A DNA stretch of 64,000 nucleotides, taken from assembly GCA_051294905.1 (NCBI GenBank), contig CM119371.1, positions 4,032,001-4,096,000 on the forward strand. Reading direction: 5' to 3'. A program made the translations under genes and the position numbers. This DNA is from Botryllus schlosseri. Taxonomy: Eukaryota. Under the pieces are notes generated by a model. It saw only the letters and a list, made by a program, of their open reading frames with translations, searched no databases and had not been told where the DNA came from. Below, one piece after another: positions 23,877 through 38,347 of this stretch. Position 1 is the stretch's first letter; each line of letters opens with the position of its first letter.

Positions 23877-24459
23877 AATCTTCATTCAGACTCTAATCCT
23901 TGCTGCTCTTCATTCGCTTAAATCTCCAGAAAAATTCACAAGAAAATCGCGACTCAAGTCTGACTCGAGTCATTATAGCCCTGTCATCTACCTCTGCCTG
24001 ACTAGCGATGATGTGAGCAAGACCGAACTGTCACGTTCTAGGTCTTCTGAGAACCAATAACTGATACGAGGTACAGTACTTCCAATATGACCCTAATGTA
24101 TAATATCTTTACCGCATATAATAACTATGCAAAATACGGGCAAAAACCACTTTCACACAGTGTTCAGTGAATATAAAACAAATTCTCTTGGCTATCGTCA
24201 TTCAGACTCCTCCATGCTGCTTTACGTTCGCTTAAATCTCGTTGCCCATCACCGGATTTCCCGACAGCGTCTCACAGAAAGAGGGTACTGGCGAGAATCG
24301 AACCAGGGTCTCCTGCGCAGAAAAAATATCAGGTTTAGGGGAAGCACAGCTCGATATCATGTGAAACACGTTACATAGTGACATGTTCAATGGGAACATT
24401 GTTGATCGGTATCATGGGGAGCACTGGTTCTCTCTGATCGTATAACGAAGAAGCGCCCA
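23877..24459 (+). repeat. 583-bp arm of the inverted duplication (partner 19162-19744)
   Basis: Reverse complement of 19162-19744. Confidence 0.95.
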
Positions 24460-24852
24460 TATATTGGCAGGTGGGTATTATGGGAAATAAGGAAGTTGTT
24501 AGTCAGGCTTATTCAGATAACTTAGTTTGTTGTATATTTTGCATTGGGATAATAGTGCTTCCCATACTTGTACAGACTAACTGAGCACTGGATTTTGAAA
24601 AAAACTTGACTTGAATTGGAACTAGCATTACTGACTGTGAATCGCAATCAGAACTAGGCTTTCTTCAGTAAAATCCGCAATCAGTTGACCATCAACTAAC
24701 TAGGATCATAGTTCGTACAATCTACAAGTCTGGAGCTTTCTATAAAAATCAAGTTATCGTGATTTCAGAATCTAACAAATCGACATATTGTTTACTGAGG
24801 CCTCAGTCAGATATAGGCCTACTTTCGATGCAACCTGCCATTTTTTGTGTTA

Positions 24853-25000
24853 ATCATCATTTATTAAAATACACCACAAAATTGCAATATAATGAAAAGA
24901 TAGGATGGTGGCAAAACTATTGAGAGCAATCTTTCGGTCAGACACCCACCTTGGCCTACATCATGGATCATGCAAATAATAAGCATGCACACTGCACACT
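24853..25000 (-). mobile_element. 3' tip of a related CR1/L2-type LINE
   Basis: Shares GACACCCACCTTGGCCTA and AATACACCACAAAA with 22337-22450 and 61473-61613. Confidence 0.55.
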
Positions 25001-25889
25001 GAATTTAAGAAAGGATATCCAGTGGTACTTTCAAAATATCATGTTAGATAGAACCTGATATTGTGCTGTGTCAGACAATTTGTCTATTCTTTTACTAGTT
25101 TGTGTATTTGGTGTTTGATTTTTTGAAGTTGTGTTTGCATTTTCTCAATGACTCCGTGTAAAGTGTGCTAAAATCTTGAAGTTTAGTCCCACCATCCTTT
25201 GAAGACAGTGCTGGGATCAAGTAATATCTCCGAGTCTTTTCCAATTCATACCTACTTGATATCCATCACCAATCAGTGTTCCCCACAAATTAGTCGAAGT
25301 CATGGGGTACTAATAATTGGTTTAGGGCAGTCTTGGACAACCTCAGAACTTTCAGCTTTTCTAAATAGACTACAATTGAATTATAGCCAAGCCTTCACAT
25401 TTCTTCCCATAAAAGATAAGAATTAGAATTTCTGAATTCGCAAAAACTTGGAAATTGAATCAAGTTAGTTCAGTTCATATAATTCAGAGTTGATTCTCAT
25501 GAGCATGTGAAGGCCAAATGTTTTTTCAGCAAACTTGAATTGTGTCGCACTATACAGTTCTCCTGCTGTAATTTCGAAGAAACTTGAAATTAATTTAAAA
25601 ATAAAATGGGAGCATAGAAACATTTCACATATTCATTTAGAATTATAACTGTAATCAGAATTATGACTGTAATCAGACAGCTGGAATTATGTAGGTGTCC
25701 AGGTCTGCTTTAGGGATAGGGAGTTGCACAAATGAGACCTGCCGAGGAAAATACTGAGCCCCCGTGTCGAAATGCAAATTTGGAATGATGTTCATCTCTC
25801 AGAAGGAGATATTTTTTTCAGTTTCGACTGGTGGCAAGGGATTCCAAGATATCTGGAGCAATGACAATCTTTACCTAGGTTTACCACAT

Positions 25890-26348
25890 TTTGGGAGTCT
25901 AGACTTACAGTGCCGGAGTAAAATCCCCACCCAATAGCAAATTAACTAAGAGATCTATCGACTACTCGGGACCTATCATCTGGAATGCATTACCACCACA
26001 TATCCGTGAATTACCTTATAATAGATCCAAAAAAGCCCTACTTGATCACCTCTTGACGTTACACTAACACTGTTGCCCTACCTCGCCCAGACATTGCTTC
26101 ATTGATCATTTGCTACCATCGTTTAATTTATCGTCTGTTTTATTTTTTAACTACTGTAACCTTTTTTACAGCCAGACTGTTTACAGTCAAGTGTACCTGT
26201 TTGATGCTGATGTGATCAGACTAGATGATCTTGATGGTCTTATCGATCATTACTATCTAATACCGAATACTGTGCAAGCATATTTTCTGTACCACCACCA
26301 CCGCCGTGTGTTATGTAATTGAGTTGGATGAAAATAAGACTCTCTCTC
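25890..26348 (+). mobile_element. 3' fragment of a CR1/L2-group LINE
   Basis: Manual translation KRSIDYSGPIIWNALPPHIRELPYNRSKKALLDHLL* is an ORF2 C-terminal signature, followed by a UTR ending in a (CT)n-like tail. Confidence 0.7.
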
Positions 26349-27401
26349 GGAAATATTGGATAAATTTCTTGCGAATTGGTAATCGGTTGACTAAAATAAA
26401 TTTAAAAAGTCTACTTTCTCGCTTAACTGTCGAAAAAAAATTTATTCCGTTCAAGATCAATAATTATTGAACTGAATTGTAATTCAAGAATCACTGGCGT
26501 AACGGATGCCGTTGCCAGCTGCAGAAAAACGGTCGGTGGTATTCCTTGCTTGAAACGTTGAATATCGATAAATTAAATGTTTGGCACGCAAGCTGATAAA
26601 TATTTGACATTTTGGCACGCTGCACAAAAAAGGATGCCGGCCCCTGGTGTGGTGTATTAAGAATAGGGTCGTGGCAAGGGTATTGAATGCTTGTACAATA
26701 ACCCAACCTTGAACCACTTATAACGGTAATAAATGATGACATGTTCGCGGAATTTGTTTTCGTATTTCCTCAATGATAATATGTACAATGTGATAAAATC
26801 ATTAGTAGCCACTGCTGCGATCAGGTGTATACATTCAAGTCCTTTCCTATCCATATCAAAGTCATGCGCATTGCCCATCACCAATCAGTGTTCGTGTAGA
26901 AGTAATTATGTAGAAGTAATCGATATGTATAAAAGACGAAGTGCATAGTTGTAGGGCGGAATGAATACTACTCTAGTTCGAACGCTCGTGTGAATAAAAC
27001 GGTCTTGATCTTGCGTTTGAAAACATATAGCAAGTCGCATAGTCTGATAGAAAATGTGATGTGATGGAGCAAAAGTAACACCAGACTCGGATTCATCCCC
27101 CCAAATTATTTGAGCATGATCGAAGCAAATCATAGCGCAAAAATCGGGCGGATGAGTGTTTTCATAATAGAATCGACAGCAGTAATTTTCGTGCTGTTGA
27201 TATTTTTTATGTTGTACAATATCGCTGTATGACGATTGCTACACAATCTAATGATACTCTTCGTTTAGATTAATTCTACACATTCATACATGGCCGATGT
27301 GGGCATATTGTCATTGAGATAAGCCTTATCCGCTGAATATTCGTTCAAGAATCAGATGGAAATTTGTTCCTCGCATTTTCAACTTGAGCATTTGATCTTG
27401 A

Positions 27402-28644
27402 ATGTTGGACTTCCAACGCCATATTGATATGCAAGCGGGCATGAAAAATCACAACTGTGATATATGTGGGAAAGTATTTACCAGGAAGGGTAGCATCAAC
27501 CTTCATATTATGCGTATCCATGCTGGCGTTAAAAATTATAACTGTGATGTATGTGGGAAAGCATTTACAGTGAAGGGAGACCTGATGCGTCATATGAAGA
27601 TCCATGCTGGCGTCAAAAATCATAACTGCGATGTATGTGGGAAAGCATTTACTCGGCAAGGCAATCTCATGCGTCATATGAATATTCATGCTGGCGTTAA
27701 GAATCATTTCTGTGATGTATGTGGAAAAGCATTTACACTGAAGGGGGACCTCAAACTTCATATGGATATCCATGCTGGCGTTAAAAATCATATCTGCGAT
27801 GTATGTGGAAAAGCATTTGCTAGGAAGACAGATCTCGTGTTTCATTTGGAGATCCATGCTGGCGTCAATAATCACGATTGTGATGTATGTGGGAAAGCAT
27901 TTACTAGGAAGCAAGACCTCATGCGTCATGTAGATATCCATGCTGGCCGTAAAAGTCATTTATGTGATGTATGTGGGATTGCATTTACACAGAAGGGTAG
28001 CCTCAAGCTTCATATGGATATCCATGCTGGCGGTAAAAGTCATTTATGTGATGTATGTGGGATTGCATTTACACAGAAGGGTAGCCTCAAGCTTCATATG
28101 GATATCCATGCTGGCGTCAAAAATCATAAATGCCATGTATGTGGGAAAGCATTTACTAGGAAGAGTGACCTCATGCGTCATGTAGATATCCATGCTGGCG
28201 TTAAGAATCATTTCTGTGATGTATGTGGGATAGCATTTACACAGGAGGATGGCCTCAAGCATCATATGGATATCCATGCTGGCGTCAAAAATCATACCTG
28301 CGATGTATGTGGGAAAGCATTTACTAGGAAGAGAGACCTCATGTGTCATGTAAATATACATGCTGGCGTTAAGAAATATTTCTGTGATGTATGTGGGAAA
28401 GCATTTACTCAGAAGAGTAACCTCAAGCGACACATGTATGCATGCTGGCATCAAAAATCATAAATGTGAAGTATGTGGGAAAGCGTTTACTGAGAAGGGA
28501 TACCTCATGTGTCATGTGGATATGCATGCTGGCATCAAACAGCATGGATGCGGCATATGTAGGAAATCATATACTCAAAAATGCAACCTCAAGCGTCATA
28601 TGTATATGCATCCAGACGTCAAAACTGATATTTGTGGGAAATAA
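27402..28644 (+). CDS. Tandem C2H2 zinc-finger array: 12 in-frame fingers to the stop at 28463, plus 2 more after a frameshift at ~28438; upstream exons not identified
   Basis: Repeating 28-aa CDVCGKAFTxKxxLxxHMxIH units with linker HAGVKNH/Y; two fingers (27949-28116) are near-identical 84-bp copies. Confidence 0.85.
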
Positions 28645-30671
28645 TTACTATAAGCGTCATATTATGTTGGTGTCAATAATTAAAATGAAGGGGTGCGAAA
28701 AATATTTTACTGCTATGTACATAACAAAGGCTTAATACGGATATGTATGGTGGAATCGTTAACTATGTTTGCATTTTTCTGCCAAAACATTAACTCTGTA
28801 CCACTGTACAATTGCCTCGAGTGTCATGCAGTTTGATATGTACAGTTCTATTGATTGATCATTTCAAAATACTCGATGGTGCTGATAGAATCGCAAGACG
28901 GGGAAGACGTCGAAATAAATTGGTGTATTATTTCGATCAAACCTTGGTCTCGAATATGTAAATAAGTGTTAAAAGTAGCAGAGGATAACATAGAAGAAAA
29001 AGCAATTGAAACTATGAGACTTCAAAATCGTAATGTCGTATATGCAGGAAAGAATGTTATCGAATTGGTCACCTTGAATGTTATGTGAATGATTATATTA
29101 TTCATCCCAATAGCCATGAGTGTAACGTTTGTAACGAAATGTCAATCCTGAGTATAATCTCAAGTGCCAGCAAGTGAGGCATGCAGGGTTTGGTAAAATC
29201 AAATATCGAAGGGATTCTATTCTGAATCGAGTATCAGGCTTCGAATCGTGTACTAAGCTATATTAATTCATTTTTACATCAAAACAGCGTGAATGGTGTG
29301 GAAAGTTCTAATAATGTACCTGTAATATGACCGAAATGAATATCAGTCAGTTATACATCACAATAAAGAGTATATGTTACTTTTTGACCGTACCTATGTC
29401 ATTGCACTTTATTGGGACACCGGTGTGAATCACGACTTTACGGAAATGTTATTTAAACTAACGCGTGGACAGTTATGGGTTGTTTCGTATGCTGCAATAC
29501 GACCAATCGAGGTTTACAATCCCCACAGTGGAAAACTATCAAAGGTGTAATTCTCTGCATAAATTAACTCACATAGAAGAGGAGCATTTGATTTCATTAC
29601 ACAAAAATATCACATCTCACTACTCGACTAGAATCACTGAAGTTAATTCCCGAATCATTGTGCCCGCAGCCATTCACGTAACCGGTCGGTAAAAACATGG
29701 TATCGACTCAGGTTCACATTTTGAGACCATACAACATATTGCGATAACTTATCCGATGAATACATGTGAAAGAGCCAACCTTCGTTGCACATTCAGCTGT
29801 CAGGAAGAAAATGCACGCGGGAATGTTGTGTCTAATTTTTGCGGACAACCTATAAGCAGTCGTCCTTGATTTATGACCACCCAAGAGAAGACTATCTTCT
29901 ACCAGACCAGTTACTTGACGGTCAAGTAGGCCTAGTTCTAGTTGTAAATTTTGAAAAGTAAGTAGTCGTAGTTGCGCATTTCAGTGCGATTTTTTTGTAA
30001 AACAACTAGAAAATACGTATCGTCGTTTTGCGTGAATCGTGTTGCCGGTGTTTCGTTATGTGATGGTATTACAGCCATATTGTCAGCTTAGGGTCTTGGC
30101 TATTACCAGTGGCGTATCCAGCGTTTAGTGGGTGTGAGATCTCTCACATTTTAAACTCTAATTAACGTCCTTTGAAATTTAAACTCCGGGCATATTCAAT
30201 ATTTTATAGGTCATTTACAATTGCTAACGCATACGTTACGTTTTCGTATACGCGGATTGACCTCGTACGGTGTACGAAATGAATCTCTCGCACACATACA
30301 ACGCTAAAATTATAGAAATGCAAGAAATATACGTGGTACTTATCTAGCCCCGTGAAACAGTGATATAGTCATCATGGCTGTATGGGGAAGACTGTCTCAA
30401 TCTTTATTAAACAGCCACCCCTGCGTCATCATAGTCAGTAACGAATTAGTCTACTCCCACTTTTTCATTGTTGACAATGAGGCATCGCAAGCACTTGCGG
30501 TACTTACTCAAGTGACTCTGTTATTACTATTTCCACTCATGTTTTTTTTGTTATTCATGATGTCTGTCGACAGCTATCGTCATTTACACCAGGCCGATAC
30601 TCTTCATGCTTTTTCCGCACGGCCTACTTCTAGACTTTTTGTAAGACACCGCTTACGCTTATGAATTCTGA

Positions 30672-30746
30672 AGTCGACCTCGGTCGGACTAGAATCAGCA
30701 CCTTTTCATGCTGCAGCCGCGGATTATACCACTGCGCTATTTCGCC
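30672..30746 (-). mobile_element. tRNA-derived SINE head or tRNA-like pseudogene
   Basis: A-box-like TAGCGCAGTGG and degenerate B-box GATTCTAGTCC at tRNA-like spacing; no convincing cloverleaf. Confidence 0.4.
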
Positions 30747-31299
30747 ACTCAAGTATTTTGCGGCAACACTACTTACTTGACACACTTTGTATTTTGAAAA
30801 GTAGAGCGTAGTTTTAAGTTCAGTCACTGTTTCGATCCTGATCAACCATATTCAATTTTTAAAACGACAGCACTTTTGTGGTCTTTCAATATCTCCCTCT
30901 GCAAGAAGTTTCGAGATGTCTTCAGCATCTCTAATTGCGCCCATAATCCAATGAATAGGTACTTCGTGAATTCCACTTCAAATCGAGTAACAAGGTTAGC
31001 CTATTTTTAACCTTCCTTACCTGTGACACCTTACTGAGTGACCTTTTACTGTGACTACTGCAATAATTTAATCCGACACATGATCTATTATGATAAATAA
31101 CATCAACTCACTTTACAGAAGAAAGGTTCTACTGACAAAGCTACACTGGATTTATTCACACACAACGATCCGAAGTCATTTTATACAAAGTCAATCACAT
31201 AATATTCATGCTGTCCAGACTCAGAATATTGCAAAGAACAATACATTCATAGTATGCATTCATTGGTTAACTTTAGGCTCAGAAAGAGTCAGCTGCAAA

Positions 31300-34200
31300 G
31301 CTTAGAGCGATGCAATTTGCGAATAGAAGTATACTGCTCGTCGTATTCAGCGTTGCGCGAATCCTCTTCACATCTTCAAACATGAATCTTCGCAAGATTG
31401 CATCCGTATTTTTGTAGCAGTTTGAATTTGTAGGTTGTGAAGTGACGTTCTCGGTCTATGTAAATCACATGATCGCATCATAGGATACAGAATCACTTTG
31501 GTGTGGTCCTGGATGATGAAAAAATAGATGAGAGAAGCAGAGGTGCTCAAACTAAGTCCCATTGTAAGTGATATTGTAGATTTCCAATCAACTACAAGTA
31601 AAAGTAGAATTAATGCCACATATCTATATTGAGTTACAACTTGGTAGGAGGAGGTCATCAAATTAGTCAGTGTTGCTATGCAAGTAGAAGTAACGTCGTA
31701 AATTGAGAGTCAATTACAATTGGAAATAGGAGGTGACTTGAGCAGTCGGTGATGTTACAGATGAAGTAACCTCATAAATTCCTAATCAACTGCAAGCCGA
31801 AGTAACGATTTCAAAGACAAAAACTACTTGAAGCGATTGTTTGTGGCTGAGGTAATCAGTGATGCTACTCGAGTAGAAGTCCAGACTTTAATAGAGCCAT
31901 TTCATAAATTTTTCAGTCAAGTCACGCAAATTCGGACTTTATCCGAGTCACTTGATATATTTTCCAAGTCAAATCACACAAATGTAGACTTTATTCGAGT
32001 CAAAGCAAGTCGTTTGATCAATTGTCATGTCAGGTAACACTTTAGTCAAGCCATTTCATAAATTTTCAATTCAAGTACAATAAAATAATTCCATCAAACT
32101 TGATCGAATGCTAGCACATGTAGGTCCAGAAATATTTGAGCAAGGTTTCCTTCTCGGTTTGAGTGCTCAGGCACTGTGCAGTAAGACTATGTCATGTCTC
32201 TGTCAATGTATTCCACTTGCACATTGTCTGATTACAGAAGTATTAGCGTGCTACTGTTGAAAAGTACGTCTTTGCTGTTTTCACATAGTTGCTAACCTGA
32301 AATTTGAATAAAAACATCATTTTGCAGCTATTGGAAGGCCTGCTATAGTAATGATAATATTGAATTTGGATTTGAATTTGAATTAATGAATTTATTACAG
32401 ACATCCCAAGGCCGGTTTTATTCGGGACAATATTAAAATACTTACATACATCCTCGAGCAACGAAACGCCAAGATATATTACACAAGACAGAATCATATC
32501 ATATAATATGGAAGCGGTTCTTTATTGACACAATTCCTAGTTTTCAGTTCGCGTTGAGTGTTAGCGTGTATTGGTCTGTACAAGATGGCCACCACCAGAG
32601 TTTGACAGCTAGAAAATCTTAAGTAGTTCCCTAATGAATTAGAAGTAGTCTGTACATTGAGCTTGGTTCGTTACACACGTTAGAGTTCTCCTGTAGCATT
32701 TTCAGGAAAACCATCTCACAGTAAGTCAATAAGCAGCAATCGCTTCTTTTACATCTAATTGAGTTGAAATTTACGGCTTTACATCTACTTGTACTAGCAT
32801 ACCAAATATAACTACTTTCACTACCACTTAATGCCACGAGAATTAATTTTCATTTGTCGTTGAAATCGCTACTGCAGTAATTGAATAGAAATAATTTACT
32901 AGGACAGTTCCATTCAAGTAGCATTGTTGACTACTTTTTCTACCTTCTATCTCCACATGAATGAGTTTTGATCTGTCTTTGAATCGATACATTTACTTGT
33001 AATTGACTATTACTTGGATTGATGTTACTTTTTATTGAGTAGCATTACCGACTGACTACTTTGACTACATTCTATCTCTGCATGAAATAGCATAGACATG
33101 TCCTGGAAATTGCAACTTTTACTTGAAATAGAGTGTAAATTTATGGCGCTACTTCTATTGGAGTGGTCTTGCGAACTGTTTTGACCACCGATGTATTTAT
33201 TGAAATAGATTGTAAGCTCTTTTTGTCAGTGAGCTCCTTTTATCCAGACATAGTGACAATACAAAAATAGCCTTACCGAATCCAGCTTTATCTGTCACAT
33301 CCGCCAATCCAATGCACAGGAGCAGGTTGCAGGGTCTTCTGCCTCATCTGTTGAATAGAACTCAGTTTTGATTTACAGAAATGCAATACATAGCTAATGC
33401 TAACCATTTTTTGGTCATGTCATATACCGGCTAGAGTTGTAATTTGGATCTATGATATCTGCTTGACTCGATATGCATACGGAGTTCTCAACCCCGGTGG
33501 ATTTCAACGACCCTTTTTGAATTTGAGCCAAATTTGTACACAGGAATATTCTATGCACCATTCTCTGATACATGTTGAACTCAATATATATATATGGAAC
33601 TCCAAATAGCTTTCATTTGTACCAACACTTTTTGAAATTAGGATTAGCACCAATTTGAATTTCGACACATCGGTCAACTATACATCGATATCATTTTACA
33701 AATTGAATTTGCTTGAAGAATTTCTGATATTCCTATGTTATTGCGACACTCATAAATTGATTTGAGCCTGAGCCATTACCTGATTAGGATATTAATATAT
33801 GAAATCTAGGAATTGCAGAAGTAGCTTACATTTCAATGAAGAAGTCTATTCAGAATAAAGTCAAGTAGTGGTTTAAAGAAAATAAATATGCACCCATATA
33901 CATAGCAGACTTCAATGTCTGATTGGTGTCGATCAGTTTCTGGAGTTGAGCCTCCAGTTCGGCGATATGGAAGTCTGGTGATTCGTTACTGTATATATAG
34001 ATCGCCTCTGGCTTGTCACCAACAGGTTTCTGTGTCTCTGCATTAGCGGCACCTGTCATGTAAAACAATAAGCTGCTACAACTATTTGATAATAGCACTA
34101 TGTTTGTGATAAGGGGTAGAAAATTTCTTTTACTTTGCAAACATACTACAGGTTAAACTTTGGATTGGTAAGCTTTTTATCTATACGACCTCAAAAAAGT

Positions 34201-37200
34201 CGAAGGCAACTCTATACTCTGCTGTAAAACAGGCATCCCTGCACAGAAGTGTTCGGGTGCAGCTTTTATAGATTATTTCATATCCAAACATAACAAGAGC
34301 TGTGAAGCTGTTCAAATAAATGATCTATACCTTTGAACATGCGACTTACGCTAGATGCCATATCATTTGAATATCAGCTTTATTGGTGAAGGTGCTAGTT
34401 ACCGGTCTTGTCGGTATCGGACAGGATTGGAACCAAGTCACAAGATTCTGAATCACAAGTCAATATTTCTTCCATGGTATTGACTCCAATCATATCCAAT
34501 TCACAAACAAGTCAAGTCCCGGTCAACGTGCAAACGGTCAAGTCCGAGTCATAGTTTTGGGACTCGAGTCCGTACCCGAGTCGTGTTTAACTGCTTTTCC
34601 TAACTCTACTCTAGTGAAACGAACTCCTAGGATTCACAATATATTCATTTATCTCGCTCTTAACCAGAGATGGTCAGTAAAGAAGTACTCTTTCTTCGTC
34701 AAAGTACTCAAGTAGGTTTCGTTTACTTGCAATACTTACTCAAGTGGTAATGATTGTAGACAAATGCCATTTTTCCATCACAATTTTCAGTTCTCAATCC
34801 AAAACTAGGCCTGGAATATCGACCGTTTAACCTACTTGGTAATCCCTACTTTTAGCATTACTTGAGTGTAAAGTTACGTCGTTACTTCTACTTGAGTACC
34901 AGTGATGACTACTTTGACCACCTCTACTCTCAATTGGTTTATTCAAACATAAAATACACTTTCTGGTTTGATTTGTCATAAGTTATGACTTCGTTGAGTC
35001 ATGTGCAATGACTTGAGTCGAGTCATGACTAAGTCATTATGACCCTGGTTCGGCTCAAAGATCCAATATTGGTTGTGCTCTCAACGTAACTAGGTCTGGT
35101 CGTAATGGTTCAAGTACTCGAATTTGAATTGAGTATTTATTCCAATGATTCCAGTCGACAAGTGAGGGATGATTCTCTCAATTACTGAAATGATACTCAT
35201 GACTCAAGCACTGGATTTTGTCCATTCATAACCATATTAAAGACTTGTAAAAATGTCACTTTTAAAACTTGGCTCCATTTGACTTTGTGATATTGTAGGT
35301 GTGTCCGCCAAGCAGGTTGTCGGCAGTTGTTGTGGAATGTAGCCTTAAAACACTCACTGGACAGTGCTTGCTCTTCGGTAGTTCATTTTCATGGGTCAAT
35401 AGACAACGAGCTGTGAAAATCATGGTAAGTGAGTGTTGGAAACGACTCACTGTCTTGGAGTCGCAAGTCATATCGAGTCATTGCACATTTTGAATCGAGT
35501 CAAGTTACTCAAGTTTTCGAGGCAAGTCAAGTTACTCGATTTTTAATGTGACTCGAGTCAAGTCAAGACACTTGAACAAGTTGACGCGGTCATCCCAATA
35601 CTGCAGAACATATTAGAATAAAAGGCAAAATATCAACCCCGAAGTCAGAGATATCTTTTGATACGATCAAAAGCTGGTGGTGATTATTTTGCGGAATTCA
35701 TTCTGGCATTCAAGCGGTTACAATGCATATACCAACGATAAAGAAAAACATGCATCAAATTATCAAGTCATATTTTGTTGCTAGTGCTGGCACAATGATT
35801 CGACTCTAGTTGTGAGATGATATGCTTCTTGCCACCAGCAGTTAATTTTATCAGCGAGAATTATGATTTCGTCCCCATTTTATAACGTGGAAGGCTGTAA
35901 ACCTCAATTGGTCGTATCGCAGCTTAAAAACTATTTAGTATAAAGGTTCAGTGTTAGTGGAAATGACATGTATATCAAGTCGTGATCAAGCAACGCACTG
36001 TCACACGGTGGAACTAAATACGTATGGTTCAAAAAATACAAAATTATTTAGGGAGGTGTAGAAATGACATTACACTCTTTGTGGTCGCATATTTGAACTT
36101 TCCACATTTTTCAAAACGTTATGCCGTCACAAGAGGCGATACTTAAATACTCAACCTGAAGCCGAATACTCGGATCAGGATAGAATCAGTCAGGTACTCG
36201 ATTTCGCCCAGACCTACACTACATTTAAGACCCTCGCGACCTATTTTTATAAAAAATCCCGGAGCAATGGTGCTATTGGTGCATCATACTCACAAAACAC
36301 AACCAAGCGACCAGGTGTCCAGTTCGAAACCGTGTCCATTCTTGCCGAGAACTTCCGGGTCAATAATAGTTGGGACTGCCGCGGTGCCACTAAGAGACAT
36401 ATTCATTGTGTGGTTGTCACAGTCGACCTTGGTGGCTCAACTGAATTCTTCAAACTTCACGACAATATTGTTTAGGAAGAGGTTCTCCAGCTGCCAATAC
36501 AAATTTTACATCAAGTTACACAAGTATATAGAGCTTTACATCAAACGATCCATCCAGTTAAATTATGACAAACTAGAGTAACTGCTGCTTTTTTGAGTAG
36601 TCTAGTTTTAGTTGTACATTTACGCATCTTAAAAGCATGCCGTTTTAGTTCAAGTTGTGCATTGTAATAGAAATTTAGTAGCCGAACAACTTGAAAATGC
36701 ATGCCATCATGACGCTTGTGTTCTGTTGTGTGATGATCTTGCGTACATTGGTAACTCGGAGTCATCACTACCAGAAGACAGTCATATAACCAGGAGTAGT
36801 TTTACAGGGTCGAAACCCCTCCCGTCTGAAACTCAAAACCATGTCTGTTTATAATGCCCATTCTATCTTCAATATTTCTTCGCTCATTCGTAATTCAGAA
36901 ATTAAAATATCAGTGAGTACTTGGCTATATTTTAGTTAGTTAGTTGCGGTTTTTTTATCGCTTGTTGATTCTAGTGTGAGTTATGAGGTTTTAAAACTGA
37001 TTAGTTCTAGTTGTAGTTGCACATATTAAAAATCCAGTAGTTTGCACTGTCTGGAACCAACGCAGACAATGTTACCTGGATATCTCTGTGAATAATCTTA
37101 CGATCGTGAAGGTAAACGACTCCAAGTACAATCTGTTGCATGTAATAACAAGTCTGCTTCTGTGATGACGCGTCTTTTTTTGTCCAGATTCTTCGACCAC

Positions 37201-38347
37201 TGTCAATAAAAACCAAAGCTAATCGGATTGGTAGAATGAAATCAATAGCAGTATTTGTTGGGTACATTTAAATCAGTGGTTCTCAACCGTTTTGAGTTCG
37301 AGTGCAGGTGAAAATTCAACAACAAATTTTGCAGATCGGTGAACGTTCTAAGTTAGAAACTTCATATCACGCTGCCATTTTGATATTTTACTTATTATAC
37401 GTAGGGCTGTGCAAAATGGAATTTCAGACTGACTTAAAACTGAACCGAGTATTAGCCTTTTAGTCAGATCGAGAATTCCTGTAAACTCCATCATGTCATG
37501 AGAACAGCGTGAATGATGTATAAAGTTCAAATAAGGACCTTTGATGCAACCACAAAGAGTGCAATCCCAATTTTGCATCACCACGTTAAAGACTATTTGG
37601 CAATTTCTGGACCGCATCTATTTCATCGCACTTTTTGACAATGCTGTCGGTTGCTCAAGATTCCACAGATGTGATTTCCAGTAATCTGTGTAGCTTTTTA
37701 CTACATGTTTCGTATGCTGCGTACGTCCAATTCAGGTTTACAGCCTCCCACAGTGAGAAATACTGTCGCAACCATAATTCTCGTTGGTAAATCAACACTC
37801 AGCTTGGTTTATTAGTAATCATTTTGACTCTTGTGGCAGAGAGTGTATCATTCCAGTATATTCAAACCAAATTCATGGCTCACACCTTGACTCAAATCAT
37901 TAGAATTGATACTCAATTCAGATCCGAGTACTAAGCTGGATAAATTTTTCCAAATTAGATTAGAATGATGGCAACCGTTTTTTTTTTCAAATGTGCTTAC
38001 AATTAGAATTACAGCTAAGTAATTTCCTCACAAATCAGACTAGAATTACTAAATTTGCAGAAGTAATACACCCAAATTCAGTACATTTGATATCAATTAG
38101 TTGTCAAAGTCTGCCAGAAATGAACATTACAGAGCTGATGCAATTGCGAGCTCCACAGTTTGAGAGACATTAATGTTGTAACAAGGAAATGCTTTTACCT
38201 TTTTTAGCACAAACTCGAGAACGATGTCGACAAAAACCTTGTCTTGGAAGAATCTGTAGCATCCAACGACATGCTTGTGATTCAAACTGCGATGGAGATG
38301 ATCTCTTGAGAAATATTGCATTTCTTGTGATCATCCGCGAGCAATGC
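31300..38347 (-). pseudogene. PLK1: Unprocessed PLK1-like pseudogene in correct exon order: 38347-38199, ~37199-37076, 36490-36294, 35410-~35262, 34052-33894, 33347-33277, 32296-~32099, 31508-~31300
   Basis: Manual translations: HRSLNHKHVVGCYRFFQDKVFVDIVLE; YYMQQIVLGVVYLHDRKIIHRDIQ; PEVLGKNGHGFELDTWSLGCV; GYIPQQLPTTCL; DFHIAELEAQL; EAEDPA; QLCENSKDVLFNSST..EYIDRD..TLLKYFWTYM (polo box 1); DHTKVILYPMM..YIDRERHFTTYKFKLLQKYGC (polo box 2). Many stops and frameshifts. Confidence 0.9.

Noticed and set aside
19243..24378. Two identical 83-aa ORFs (MQNTGKNHF..) as a duplicated gene
   Set aside because: Identity follows from the recent inverted duplication; no recognisable domain.
27345..28454. Antisense and alternate-frame ORFs over the first ZF array
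   Set aside because: Shadow frames of the 84-bp periodic coding repeat.
31300..38347. A functional PLK1 gene
   Set aside because: Most exons have stops or frameshifts. Exon 1, the YTLLVGKPPF exon and the WFRT polo-box exon were not found in this copy.
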